From positions 17,332 to 81,331 of the forward strand of contig DATDIX010000324.1 in assembly GCA_036520835.1 (NCBI GenBank): a stretch of 64,000 nucleotides of DNA, in the 5' to 3' direction. The notes below the pieces were generated by a model that did not search any database, had not been told where the DNA came from, and was given only the letters and a program-made list of their open reading frames with translations. A program made the translations under genes and the position numbers. Origin of the DNA: Chitinophagaceae bacterium. GTDB taxonomy: Bacteria; Bacteroidota; Bacteroidia; Chitinophagales; Chitinophagaceae. Positions 1-9,742 of this stretch are shown one piece after another (position 1 is the first letter of the stretch; each line of letters starts with the position of its first letter).

Positions 1-2001
1 ATAATAAGGTATCAGTTTAATTTTTACCGGCTTTGTTGTTCTACTCACTTCCTTATATAAGGTTTTTCCCCAGCTATTGCCCTGCAGCATCTTTGCTTCC
101 CCGGTTAAAGCCACCAGGTTTCCATTATCAATTTTCATTGGCACAGGTTGAAATTTTATGGAAGAAGCCACCATTACATTAAAAATACTCTGGCCAGGCA
201 AATCAGCAGACTCCAGGCAATAAACCACCGGGCCTTTTTTCACCGCTACCTGGTTCCTTGTTTCTTCCACCATGGGGTTTGACTCGATCAGTACAGCAGG
301 CATATCCAATATCAATTCGATCTTATCTCCCTTCTTCCAGTTTCGCTGAATGGTCTTGTATTGCCCCCCGCTTAATACGGCCTCTGCTGATTTTCCGTTT
401 ATCTTCAACACAGCTTTCTTACACCATCCCGGTATCCGCAGATTGACGGAAAACTGTTTTGCCGGAGCATCGGTAATAACAATATTTACATTCCCATCCC
501 AGGGATAATTCGCTTCCTGCCTCAATGCGATGGCGCTGCCATCCTTCAAATGTGTATGCAGATCGTTACCACCATACATATTAATATAAATGCCATCCTC
601 TCCCATGCTATACATATAATTACTAACCTCGGCGATAGTTCTTACTGTATTCGGCGGGCAGCAATTGGATTTGCTGATATAGGGAACCCTTCCGCCTTCC
701 CATCGTAAATGATAAGGATAATCAGCAGAAGCAGCCAGCGGGTTGGTATAGAAAAATTTTGTTCCATCCATGCTTACCCCGCTCAATACACTATTGTACA
801 AAGCCAGCTCAACTATATCTATATATTTCAATTCACCTGTGAGCAAAAACATCCGCCAGTTCCATAACACGTTCCCAATATTGGCGCAGGTTTCATTATG
901 TGCACTGAAATTTGGCAACTGGTAATCCCTTCCATAACTCTGATGTACTTTCTGCACTGTATCCGGCTTGTAAGAAGTACCATCGACCGATACACCATCA
1001 TATAATGCACCACATCCGCCCGTAACATACATTTTTGTGTTGATTACATTATCCCAGAGTTTATTCAATGTGTTCATCAAGCTTTCATCACCCGTCTCAG
1101 CATATACATCAGCCACTCCTGCAAACAAATAATTCGCCCTGACCGCATGACCCACTACTTTATCCATATCCCTGAACGGCTGCCTGTCACTGTTATCATC
1201 GGTTCCTTCCACCGTACCCCTGATATCAATAAGTTTATTCATTAGCTGCAGGTACTTTTTTTCATTCGTTGCCCGGTACAGTTCAATCAGCCCCATATAG
1301 TGTGAAGGGCAAATAGCATTGCGTGCCTGTTCAGGGCTGGCCGTATTATAAAATCCGATCAGGAAATCAGCCGCCTTCTTTGCTATATCCAGTAAAGTTG
1401 TTTTACCCGTAGCCCGGTAATGCACACAGGCTGCTGTCATCAAATGGCCGAAATTATAGGCTTCAAAGCTGAGTTTATCATCAAACATCTTTGCTTCGCC
1501 GCTTTTGCGTTGTTCAATGATGCTCTTTGTATAAATATATCCATCATCCTTTTGTGCTTTCCCGATCACAGCTATCGCCTCATCCATCCATGCATCCAGT
1601 TTTTTATCTTTTGTTGAAGCATACATAGCTGCCACTGCTTCCAGGGTTTTATAAAAATCACCGTCGTGAAAAGATGGCCCCCTGAACCTTCCTGTATCCA
1701 ATCCTGCGGCGACCCTGAAATTCTGGAAAGAATAACACATGTCTTTGCTGGTATAGGTTTGCCATAATTTCGGCACCATCGCATCCCGGCATACGGCAAA
1801 CCGCTCGGCCCAGAAACCTTTTGTCCATTGTACGTCATTCAACCCGATACTGGTAAGTTTTGCATAAGGGCTGTTAGCCGTATTCACCAAACTGTTTTGT
1901 GAGGCTGCGTTCAGCATCATCAAACTGATTATAACTACCAACACAAATTTGTTTGATCGCCTACCTACTCCGTTACCTGTATTTGTTATTGTTGTGTGCA
2001 T
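1..2001 (-). CDS. Glycoside hydrolase family 127 (DUF1680, HypBA1-like beta-L-arabinofuranosidase / aceric-acid hydrolase class); the 3' end runs off the window
   Basis: This CDS is not in the supplied ORF track because there is no stop codon inside the window. My own minus-strand translation from the ATG at 2001..1999 stays open for 667 codons down to position 1 (MHTTITNTGNGVGRRSNKF...IKLIPYY). It contains HDGDFYKTLEA, HNETCANIG and SNCCPPN, which correspond to the Glu/Cys zinc site and Cys nucleophile motifs of GH127. Confidence 0.85.
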   Translation of the reverse strand, partial: MHTTITNTGNGVGRRSNKFVLVVIISLMMLNAASQNSLVNTANSPYAKLTSIGLNDVQWTKGFWAERFAVCRDAMVPKLWQTYTSKDMCYSFQNFRVAAGLDTGRFRGPSFHDGDFYKTLEAVAAMYASTKDKKLDAWMDEAIAVIGKAQKDDGYIYTKSIIEQRKSGEAKMFDDKLSFEAYNFGHLMTAACVHYRATGKTTLLDIAKKAADFLIGFYNTASPEQARNAICPSHYMGLIELYRATNEKKYLQLMNKLIDIRGTVEGTDDNSDRQPFRDMDKVVGHAVRANYLFAGVADVYAETGDESLMNTLNKLWDNVINTKMYVTGGCGALYDGVSVDGTSYKPDTVQKVHQSYGRDYQLPNFSAHNETCANIGNVLWNWRMFLLTGELKYIDIVELALYNSVLSGVSMDGTKFFYTNPLAASADYPYHLRWEGGRVPYISKSNCCPPNTVRTIAEVSNYMYSMGEDGIYINMYGGNDLHTHLKDGSAIALRQEANYPWDGNVNIVITDAPAKQFSVNLRIPGWCKKAVLKINGKSAEAVLSGGQYKTIQRNWKKGDKIELILDMPAVLIESNPMVEETRNQVAVKKGPVVYCLESADLPGQSIFNVMVASSIKFQPVPMKIDNGNLVALTGEAKMLQGNSWGKTLYKEVSRTTKPVKIKLIPYY

Positions 2002-2008
2002 TTTTAAA

Positions 2009-4237
2009 TTATTTAACCGTCTGGTATTTTACCCTATAACTTTTATATGGCTGCATGGTTAACTCGTACAGGTTATTTCCTTTGCTTTGAATAGAAGCCT
2101 GTTCGCATTCGGGTACATTGGCACTTTTAAAACGCAATGTACCTGTACCTGCCGCACTGGTGATCAGTATTTCTTTTGTACTGCAGGTGACCCCGATAGC
2201 CCCGTTGGGTGTTGGTACCCTCCCTTCCATCCATTCCAGTCCGCCAAGACTGGGTTCTATCAAATAAGTAGCATACCCCGGCGACGTTGGCTTTACTCCA
2301 ATATAATACTTACCCAGCAAATAAATGGGGCTGGCACCCCAGGCATGACAAAGACTTTTACCAAACTCTCTTCCGTACATAGCCAGGTGCTCTGCTCCTT
2401 TTTTGGATGGATTATACTCCTCCCAGAAAGAGGTAGCACCAAGTTTCAGCATGCCACCCCAATAATCTTTCATCTCTTTTAATACATAGTCCTGTTCACC
2501 CATTGCACATAAAGCTTCCAACTCATAGAAGCGCATATACGGAGTGGTGATCTTCTGGATATTATCGTTCAGCAGCACTGATCTCTTTACTGCCTGTTTT
2601 TGGGTTTCATTAAAATAATCAAAGAAGATAGAAAACATGTTCGCATAGCGGGTCACATTCTCTGTCTGTTTTCCATCCACACGGCTGTGCACCAGCGCCT
2701 GTTTGTTTTCGTTCCAGTAAATATCAAATAATTTTTTCTTCAGGTCATCTGATAATTGTCTGTACTTACCTGCCCCTTCATTGTCATTCGCAAGACTGGC
2801 GCATAAGGCCATCGTTTCAAGACTGCGGCATAAAAGCAATTGTTCAAAACTCACTTCCCCTTTTTTGCTCAGCTTATCCGCCCAGTCAATAAAGATCCAG
2901 TCACCGGGCATACCTTCCATCAAACCATCTTTATTTCTTCTTCCAAGGCAATACTCCATCAGGCTTTGCATACGGGGATAGAACTGGGTAATAAAATTCT
3001 TATCGCCGGTATATAAATAGTAATCATAAATACCCAGGAACCAGTAAAAGGTATAATCCATGATAGTATTGATATGACCTGTCACCGGGTCTTTGCCACG
3101 CAATGCGAGCAGTGTTCTTGTAACCGTCTCATTGTCGAAATAGAGATAATAATTCATGAGATAGCTTTGCTGCGCATCACCGCTCCAAACCCAGCGGTCA
3201 CGTTTGATACCATCTATAAAAAATTCCCTCGTATTCAACCTGAATGTATATTTAGCAACCTCGTATATTTTATTGATCTCTGCATCAGAACATTTGAAAG
3301 AACCATTTTCTCTTACATCGGCATATTCGTATAACATGGAAACAGAATCAACCCTGATCCCCTCGTCCGTTACCATATTTACATAGCGAAAAGCTTTTGA
3401 TAAAGGCATTACAGAGTCTTTCTTCGTTACATTCTGAAAAGAAAGTCTGTCCAGCGTTACGGCGCCCTTTTCACTTAGTGCTTCTTCTTTGCTTTCCCCA
3501 TAATATAAAATGATATTCCCTTTCCCTTTAATGCCATGCAGTTTAATAAAGCCAAAAGTTTCTTTTCCGAAATCTATCAGTTGCGACCTGCCTGTTTTTG
3601 TAATAATGACTGCTCTTTGTGGTGTTACAGGCAACTTAAACGCAGATGGCGGCTTTGTTGGCTCATTGAAATTCCAACTACCCGCCTTCAGCCATTTAGT
3701 AGCAGAGATATCTGAGGTCTTGCCTGTTTCATCGATCCATTCCTTGTCTTCAAATGTTACCAGCCAGCTGGCATCAGAATAGATCGCTTCACCCGATACG
3801 TAGATGGCGGGCACATTGGCCTGGTTGAATACTTTAATATTTATTTTATGTTTACCGGCAGGGACGGTGATCTTTTTAGGCGTTCCTTCCAGGGGCTGTC
3901 CATCCAACTTTACATTATAAGTTCCCTCCGCATATATACTCACCTCTTCGGGTTTTGAAAGATAAAACTCTTTATGAAAATCAATTAACGGGTAATGGCT
4001 GTCAATTTTCCAGAAAACAGGAAAGAAAGTTCCCCTGTCAGTACGGCGGTTCTGCATTTGATTACTCAACCATATCTCGTAGTCACCGGGATACCATATC
4101 CAGGTTGTCGCTGGTCCATGTAGTCCCGACCTGGGATTATTGGGTTGCTGAGCATTCATTGCCTGGCACAAGGACAGAAAGATGCAAAGAAGAAATATTA
4201 TGCTATGAAACCGGGTTATAAAAGTTTTCCTGATCAT
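2009..4237 (-). CDS. GH78-related alpha-L-rhamnosidase-like six-hairpin glycosidase, secreted
   Basis: The ORF encodes 742 aa with an N-terminal signal peptide (IIFLLCIFLSLCQAMNAQ). The motif DGIKRDRWVWSGDAQQSYL is the RxRxxWxGD signature of the bacterial rhamnosidase six-hairpin domain, followed by a C-terminal beta-sandwich. Confidence 0.7.
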   Translation of the reverse strand: MIRKTFITRFHSIIFLLCIFLSLCQAMNAQQPNNPRSGLHGPATTWIWYPGDYEIWLSNQMQNRRTDRGTFFPVFWKIDSHYPLIDFHKEFYLSKPEEVSIYAEGTYNVKLDGQPLEGTPKKITVPAGKHKINIKVFNQANVPAIYVSGEAIYSDASWLVTFEDKEWIDETGKTSDISATKWLKAGSWNFNEPTKPPSAFKLPVTPQRAVIITKTGRSQLIDFGKETFGFIKLHGIKGKGNIILYYGESKEEALSEKGAVTLDRLSFQNVTKKDSVMPLSKAFRYVNMVTDEGIRVDSVSMLYEYADVRENGSFKCSDAEINKIYEVAKYTFRLNTREFFIDGIKRDRWVWSGDAQQSYLMNYYLYFDNETVTRTLLALRGKDPVTGHINTIMDYTFYWFLGIYDYYLYTGDKNFITQFYPRMQSLMEYCLGRRNKDGLMEGMPGDWIFIDWADKLSKKGEVSFEQLLLCRSLETMALCASLANDNEGAGKYRQLSDDLKKKLFDIYWNENKQALVHSRVDGKQTENVTRYANMFSIFFDYFNETQKQAVKRSVLLNDNIQKITTPYMRFYELEALCAMGEQDYVLKEMKDYWGGMLKLGATSFWEEYNPSKKGAEHLAMYGREFGKSLCHAWGASPIYLLGKYYIGVKPTSPGYATYLIEPSLGGLEWMEGRVPTPNGAIGVTCSTKEILITSAAGTGTLRFKSANVPECEQASIQSKGNNLYELTMQPYKSYRVKYQTVK

Positions 4238-4240
4238 AAA

Positions 4241-5824
4241 TTAATGTCCATTAAAGATGATGTATAAACCAAGTATGACAAGCCCCAGCAGGGCAAATAA
4301 AATTTTTACACGTTTGGTTGTCACGGGCATATCGGCGGCTTCAATAACCTGCGCATTTGTCTGCGGTGATCTGTCGGCCAATGATATAACTATCGCTGCC
4401 ACAAACAGGATCGCAAAAATGTAAAAAGACAATAATAAAAAATGCGGCCACCAGGGGTATTCGTCGGTAGGCAATATCCATAAATATAAAACGCCTGTCG
4501 CTAAACTGAACGCTGAGCCAAATGAAAGAATACCGTTCACCGCTTTTTTGGTGGTTCGCTTCCAGAATACTGATAACAAAAACACGACCGCTAATGAAGG
4601 AGCGAGGAAACCAAGCACCGCCTGGAAAATATTGAACAGGTTCTGTCCCTTAATATTATCAATGGCTATAGCCATCAGAACGGCAAAAACACAACCTACT
4701 GCAATAGTGATACGTCCTACTTTGATCTTTTGCTGTACTGTAGCAGACGGATTTATTTTCTTTACATAGAGATCGGTTGTAAATACGGTGCTTAAGGCAT
4801 TGAGTGATGAACCAATTGTCCCCACCAATACAGCTATCAGTACCACGATCACCAACCCATTCATACCCGGCGGAAAAAGATTTGTCACCATCGTCATATA
4901 TGCCAGGTCTGATTTTTCCAAATTGGGAAATAAAGCAAAACACAATATACCTGGCAAAATAAATAATGGCAGGGCAAGTACTTTCAACCAGCCAATAAAA
5001 TTCACGCCCAATTGCCCCTGTTCTAAATTCTTTGCCCCCAATACCGATTGCACCATTGCCTGGTCCGTACAGAAAAAGGCAACAGCAGCAACAGGATAGC
5101 CTAATAACATGGCGGGCCAGGGATAACTTGTGTCATTGGCGGGTCGTATCAAATTCCAAAAGTTAGAAGGCACTTTATCAATCAATGCCTGTATGCCGCC
5201 AACTTTTTGTAACCCGAGGTAAGATAAAGTGAGTGAAACAAGGATCAGTAAGATCATTTGAAACACATTTACTTTAGCGATAGCTTTTAGCCCCCCCGCA
5301 AAAGTGAAGATGCCTGCAAATACCACTAATACCATTACCGATTGCCACATGGGTATTCCTAAAATTTGCCGCACCAATAAGCCTCCTGAAAATAAACCCA
5401 GCGATAACCAGGAAATTAAAATTTTGATCAGCGCATACCAGGCTAAAATATTCTGCGTACTGTCGCCATAACGCTTGCCCATATATTCCGGCATGGTGGA
5501 TACTTTTGATGCAATATACCGTGGAGCAAACACCATTGCCAGCAAGAGCAGGAACATAAATGCATACCATTCAAAATTCCCGGCGACAATACCGGTGCTG
5601 TAACCAACGCTTGCAAAAGCCAGCAATGATGAGGGCCCGACATTGGTGCCCCACATGTTAAAACCGATATTATACCAGTTCAATGAATTACCTGCCAGGA
5701 AAAGTGTCTCATTCTTTTTCTTTTTCCCAAAACTGGCCCGGTAACCAATGTACAGCAATAGCAACAGGTACACTGCTACTATGATAAAGTCAACCGGCTG
5801 GAGTTTGCTGTATATATCATTCAT
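4241..5824 (-). CDS. Sodium:solute symporter (SSS/SGLT-type) inner-membrane transporter
   Basis: The 527-aa product is polytopic and hydrophobic with an SSS-like N-terminal region (FLAGNSLNWYNIGFNMWGTNVGPSS). It starts with ATG 4 nt after the upstream stop. Confidence 0.85.
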   Translation of the reverse strand: MNDIYSKLQPVDFIIVAVYLLLLLYIGYRASFGKKKKNETLFLAGNSLNWYNIGFNMWGTNVGPSSLLAFASVGYSTGIVAGNFEWYAFMFLLLLAMVFAPRYIASKVSTMPEYMGKRYGDSTQNILAWYALIKILISWLSLGLFSGGLLVRQILGIPMWQSVMVLVVFAGIFTFAGGLKAIAKVNVFQMILLILVSLTLSYLGLQKVGGIQALIDKVPSNFWNLIRPANDTSYPWPAMLLGYPVAAVAFFCTDQAMVQSVLGAKNLEQGQLGVNFIGWLKVLALPLFILPGILCFALFPNLEKSDLAYMTMVTNLFPPGMNGLVIVVLIAVLVGTIGSSLNALSTVFTTDLYVKKINPSATVQQKIKVGRITIAVGCVFAVLMAIAIDNIKGQNLFNIFQAVLGFLAPSLAVVFLLSVFWKRTTKKAVNGILSFGSAFSLATGVLYLWILPTDEYPWWPHFLLLSFYIFAILFVAAIVISLADRSPQTNAQVIEAADMPVTTKRVKILFALLGLVILGLYIIFNGH

Positions 5825-5828
5825 AGCG

Positions 5829-6920
5829 TCAGTGGTGAGTGGTGAGTGGTGAATCAGCCAGTCCGTATTGTTTCAAAATATCCGCCGGCTTGACCGGTTG
5901 TCCTGTTTGCAAACTTTTATCCATTGCCTGTAACAGGGCAATGGTTCCGACACCTTCTTTCAGATCAGGATAAGCTGTAAAATTTTGCTCAATGGAATCA
6001 ACAAAATATTCCAGGTAGTTCTGATATTCGCCGGCATGATGGCTTTGTCCTTCAAACCGGAAATAATATTTTAATGTGGCATCGCCCCAATTAATTATTT
6101 TCTCTTCCCCATTCTTTGTGGTGACGGCATAACGCAATTCATGATAGTCAGCCTGGCTGGCACCCTCTGTTCCTCTTAGTATGCAGGTCATGCCGCTATC
6201 TCTTTTAACTGGTTGTGTTGGCCCTGTATAGCTTCCGCTCACCCTTGCAACTCTTCCGTCAGTTGTCTTAAAAATAAAATGCATGGTATCTTCATTCTTC
6301 AACCCCGCCTTCCTTCCGTTTGCACTGATCATGCCATAGCCCATTACTTCCTCAATGTTTGGCAGGTACCATCTTATAAAATCAACAGGATGACTTAAGC
6401 CCCCGTATAACCATTTGAACGACCTCTCCAGTGCCCACTTTTTTTCGAGGAACCAGCGATGATCTGCATTGTAATGGCTTTCTACGGTGATCAGTTCCCC
6501 GATCAGGCTTTCTTCAAAATCCTTTCGCTGCTTTTTGTAGGGCTCGAAGAAACGGGAACTTTGTCCAACAAATACTTTCTTTCCTGTTTTCTTTTGCAAT
6601 TCTATAAGTTCATTTGCTTTGCTTAAATCATCAATAAATGGCTTAGTGCAGACAACATGCTTATTATGCATCAACGCCAGTTTTATGTGCTCAGCATGCA
6701 AATGATCGGGAGTATAGATAGCAATTATGTCAATGCTGCCATCATTCAGCATTTCCTGGTATTCGGTAGTGTACTCATATACTTTAAATTCATCCGCTCT
6801 TTTCCTGCACATATCGAGGTTCATATCGCAGATCATTTTAAGATGCAGCTTATTACTTTGCAACGCAGCCGAAATAGTGCTCCGGCCTTCCCCTAATCCA
6901 AGTATTCCAATATTTAACAT
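5829..6920 (-). CDS. Gfo/Idh/MocA-family NAD(P)-dependent oxidoreductase, cytoplasmic
   Basis: The 363-aa product has an N-terminal Rossmann motif (MLNIGILGLGEGRS) and a conserved xxKP motif (VVCTKPF). It has no signal peptide. Confidence 0.8.
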   Translation of the reverse strand: MLNIGILGLGEGRSTISAALQSNKLHLKMICDMNLDMCRKRADEFKVYEYTTEYQEMLNDGSIDIIAIYTPDHLHAEHIKLALMHNKHVVCTKPFIDDLSKANELIELQKKTGKKVFVGQSSRFFEPYKKQRKDFEESLIGELITVESHYNADHRWFLEKKWALERSFKWLYGGLSHPVDFIRWYLPNIEEVMGYGMISANGRKAGLKNEDTMHFIFKTTDGRVARVSGSYTGPTQPVKRDSGMTCILRGTEGASQADYHELRYAVTTKNGEEKIINWGDATLKYYFRFEGQSHHAGEYQNYLEYFVDSIEQNFTAYPDLKEGVGTIALLQAMDKSLQTGQPVKPADILKQYGLADSPLTTHH

Positions 6921-6927
6921 GTACCTC

Positions 6928-9453
6928 TTAGTTTTTTAAATTGCTGATTTGCTTAAGAAAAACCCAGGTTTCCCCTTTCTTCGTTCCTTTAATGCCTTCC
7001 TGGTATTTCGTCATTCGTTTATTCCATTCGATCATACGTGGATTATTTTCGGTTGTTTTTGGATTTAACATATCCAGGTTTTCCCCTTTCGGTATACTTA
7101 TTACCAGTACTAACTGCCTTCCATTTTTAAACAAGATTAACTGCTGAAAATTTGCATTACAAAACCCTTTTGCCACTTCCGGCCATTCTTCAAATTGGGT
7201 GGCATGATAATCCAAGTATTCCTGTTGCAGCTTTTTATCAGCAACGAGGTTGGCAGTTAGCAGGATGTGATCCCATTCACTTGCGACAGTCTTGCCGTTG
7301 CAATGCTTTTGCCTGTTATACTCATAAAACAGGTCGTGATATACTTTAACATCCACCCCTGGGAAATTATTTTTCAGCCGGCCCTGCATTACTCCAATAT
7401 CCTGTACTTTACCAAACAACACATAATGATTCTGCCATTGGTAGATAGCTGAGGTATCCATTTTGTTTTGGAACAGAATAGCTTTTAATTTATCCAGGTC
7501 AAGTATTTCGTTTTCCTTTACCACCAATTCGATCACTTCACTGTGTTCTTCATTAATTGACAGGCGGTGCAAGACTGGTGATCTTTCTTTTAACAAATAC
7601 TGATACTGCATTTTCAAACCGGCGTTAAGTTTTATGCTTTCACCTACCTGCGGCCCATTATTATTCCATTCATTACCGGGACCGTTGGCATTCTGTAAGT
7701 ATTTTGGGGAAGGCGTCCAGTTATCTTTTACGATGAAATAAGAAGATCCTTCGTCTGTATAAACATAAAACCAGTGAGAAGGCAGGTGAGCATAAGGAGC
7801 TTTGTAAATGCTGTCAATATAATTCTCACTGATAACAGAACCCGGCTGGGCACTCAATGTGTAAATGCCGGCGCAATCATAATTATGTTTGCCATAGTGG
7901 TGAATCTTATTCCGGGTAATTTTATTATTCCTCATGGCATTGGCAGTTGGTGACCACCCCCAGCCCATACTGATCCCTGTGTAAGACACATTCCCTATTT
8001 CATTCTCTTCGATCGTTGTATTTTTTGCATAGCCAATGCCAATACCCACGCAACTCCAATCTTCATTCGTCGCATCAGTAATTAGGTTATTGCTGATCGT
8101 CATTTTATTACAAACTTCTCTTTCGTCTTTGGGATTATAGGGTAAATGAATTTCGGTGGCCTCATCAGAATATACCCCGGCAAGAATGGCTGTACCGCCA
8201 ATATCTTTGAATAAATTTCCTTTGATCACATTATCATGTACTGCTTTGTTATAGTCCAGCCCGGTTGACGCCAGGTGTTCAAAGCGGCAATTTTCAAATC
8301 CTGTTTGATCCGCATAGGAAACTTCAACAGCCGCAGCAGGTCTGCCAACCCATGCCTGGTTATCCAATGTTGGTTTATCAGGCGTTCCGGCGGGTCTTAA
8401 TTTATAAGCTTCGAGCATATACATTCCCGCCTGGTGGAGAACATGACCATAATGCGATGGCCGCAGCCAACCAGTATGCTGAAATGAAATGCCGTTGAAA
8501 AAAATATTTGAAACTGGATGATCAATAGTTCCCTGTATGCTTACCAGTGTTTCTAAAAAAGGGGCAGTAACAGTAGCAGTCAACAAATTCTCATTATCGC
8601 GGGGCCAGTAATATAATTTCCTGTTTGCAATATCCAGCCACCATTCGCCGGGTTCATCCAGGAATTGAATAGCATTCGTTAAGTAAAAAGCTGAATTGCC
8701 TGTTTCATTGGATATCCATGGGGCGGGCCAGGGATGTTCGCTTTGTATCTTACTTTCAGGCTGATGAAAAAATAATTTAGCACTATCTCCCTGTACTTCC
8801 ATTTTCCTGATCCGCAATATCGCCACTGCCCACCATTGATGAATGAACATTTCCAACCCGGCCATATTTCTTCCCGCCAAAGATTTCGGGGCAGGTATCC
8901 AACAACTCTCTTCATTTTTATTCCAGCTTAATATCCTGTTCATGCTTTGGCCATTCATATCCTTTGCACGAACAGCTTTTTCATTATTGACCCATAATTG
9001 CCGGAACTCAAACAATTTTCCGCCTATTAACGGTACATCAGCTATCCAAACTTTTCCTTTTGACAAAGAAGGCAATCCGGCAATAGTTGTAACCGGCCTT
9101 TTCCAACCACTGATCCTGATACCGCCGCTAAGTACAGGTTGCTCACCCGGTGCTGCTTCGATGTATGTTGGGCTTGTCGTTGTTCCTGCATCTTCGGGAC
9201 GAATAAATAAAGGTTCGGATAATTGGTAAGTTCCACCTTTGAGGATAATATGAATACCATTGGTAAGGGATGCATCATTCAACCGGCGTAATTCTCTTGC
9301 CTTTCGTAAAGCAGCAGTAAGAGTAGCGAGTGGCTTATCTTTTGTTCCGGGATTGTTGTCAGATCCGTTAGGGGCTACATGTATATCAACAGCATTGCCG
9401 GTAAGAGCAACCAGCATTAAAAATGCAAAAAGGCATAGTGGCAATCGTTTCAT
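6928..9453 (-). CDS. Secreted right-handed parallel beta-helix protein fused to a C-terminal L-rhamnose mutarotase-like (RhaM/DUF718) domain
   Basis: The 841-aa product has a signal peptide (LCLFAFLMLVALTGNA). The N-terminus is typical of beta-helix proteins (VDIHVAPNGSDNNPGTKDKPLATLTAALRKA). The last ~105 aa (QQEYLDYHATQFEEWPEVAKGFCNANFQQLILFKNGRQLVLVISIP...) follow the RhaM pattern Y..H....WPE. Confidence 0.7.
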   Translation of the reverse strand: MKRLPLCLFAFLMLVALTGNAVDIHVAPNGSDNNPGTKDKPLATLTAALRKARELRRLNDASLTNGIHIILKGGTYQLSEPLFIRPEDAGTTTSPTYIEAAPGEQPVLSGGIRISGWKRPVTTIAGLPSLSKGKVWIADVPLIGGKLFEFRQLWVNNEKAVRAKDMNGQSMNRILSWNKNEESCWIPAPKSLAGRNMAGLEMFIHQWWAVAILRIRKMEVQGDSAKLFFHQPESKIQSEHPWPAPWISNETGNSAFYLTNAIQFLDEPGEWWLDIANRKLYYWPRDNENLLTATVTAPFLETLVSIQGTIDHPVSNIFFNGISFQHTGWLRPSHYGHVLHQAGMYMLEAYKLRPAGTPDKPTLDNQAWVGRPAAAVEVSYADQTGFENCRFEHLASTGLDYNKAVHDNVIKGNLFKDIGGTAILAGVYSDEATEIHLPYNPKDEREVCNKMTISNNLITDATNEDWSCVGIGIGYAKNTTIEENEIGNVSYTGISMGWGWSPTANAMRNNKITRNKIHHYGKHNYDCAGIYTLSAQPGSVISENYIDSIYKAPYAHLPSHWFYVYTDEGSSYFIVKDNWTPSPKYLQNANGPGNEWNNNGPQVGESIKLNAGLKMQYQYLLKERSPVLHRLSINEEHSEVIELVVKENEILDLDKLKAILFQNKMDTSAIYQWQNHYVLFGKVQDIGVMQGRLKNNFPGVDVKVYHDLFYEYNRQKHCNGKTVASEWDHILLTANLVADKKLQQEYLDYHATQFEEWPEVAKGFCNANFQQLILFKNGRQLVLVISIPKGENLDMLNPKTTENNPRMIEWNKRMTKYQEGIKGTKKGETWVFLKQISNLKN

Positions 9454-9504
9454 TTATCCTTTGTTGACGCTATTAAATATCCTTAATTAGCAGGCAATTA
9501 GCAA

Positions 9505-9573
9505 CTAAATGTACCCCTGCAAGACGCCCTGAAAAATGTAAGTATTTGCTATAATGATGGAGGATTTTACTAT
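9505..9573 (-). promoter_or_regulatory. Operator-promoter module, copy 1: a 25-nt direct-repeat operator, a -33-like WACATT element and a -7-like TACATTTAG box
   Basis: The minus strand reads ATAGTAAAATCCTCCATCATTATAG (9573..9549), then 35 nt, then TACATTTAG (9513..9505). The ATG at 9453 lies 52 nt downstream. The same architecture occurs at 14551-14619 and 59248-59316. Confidence 0.6.
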
Positions 9574-9715
9574 AAATAGGTGAGCAAAGCTTTTGGCTAT
9601 CAGTCTTTAACGCTTATTCCCACCCTATTTTACAGGATGTCATTATATACAATGACCTGGCCGCTCGCCCGGAGGATAAACATCAGGATCCGGAATTTAC
9701 CTCTCACAGCATCGC

Positions 9716-9742
9716 AAAGAAAAACCGGGGCCAAACCCCGGT
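9716..9742 (-). terminator. Rho-independent terminator following susD-like gene 1
   Basis: The minus-strand RNA reads ACCGGGG-UUUGG-CCCCGGU followed by UUUUCUUUG. It lies 56 nt after the stop at 9798. Confidence 0.75.

Noticed and set aside
5832-5852. A perfect heptanucleotide tandem repeat, gtggtga x3 (TCACCAC x3 on the coding strand). It forms the last codons (PLTTHH) of the Gfo/Idh/MocA gene, 8 nt upstream of the SSS start codon.
   Set aside because: A 7-nt unit could shift the frame by slippage. However, three copies are too few for a credible contingency locus, and only the last 7 codons would be affected. It is probably incidental.
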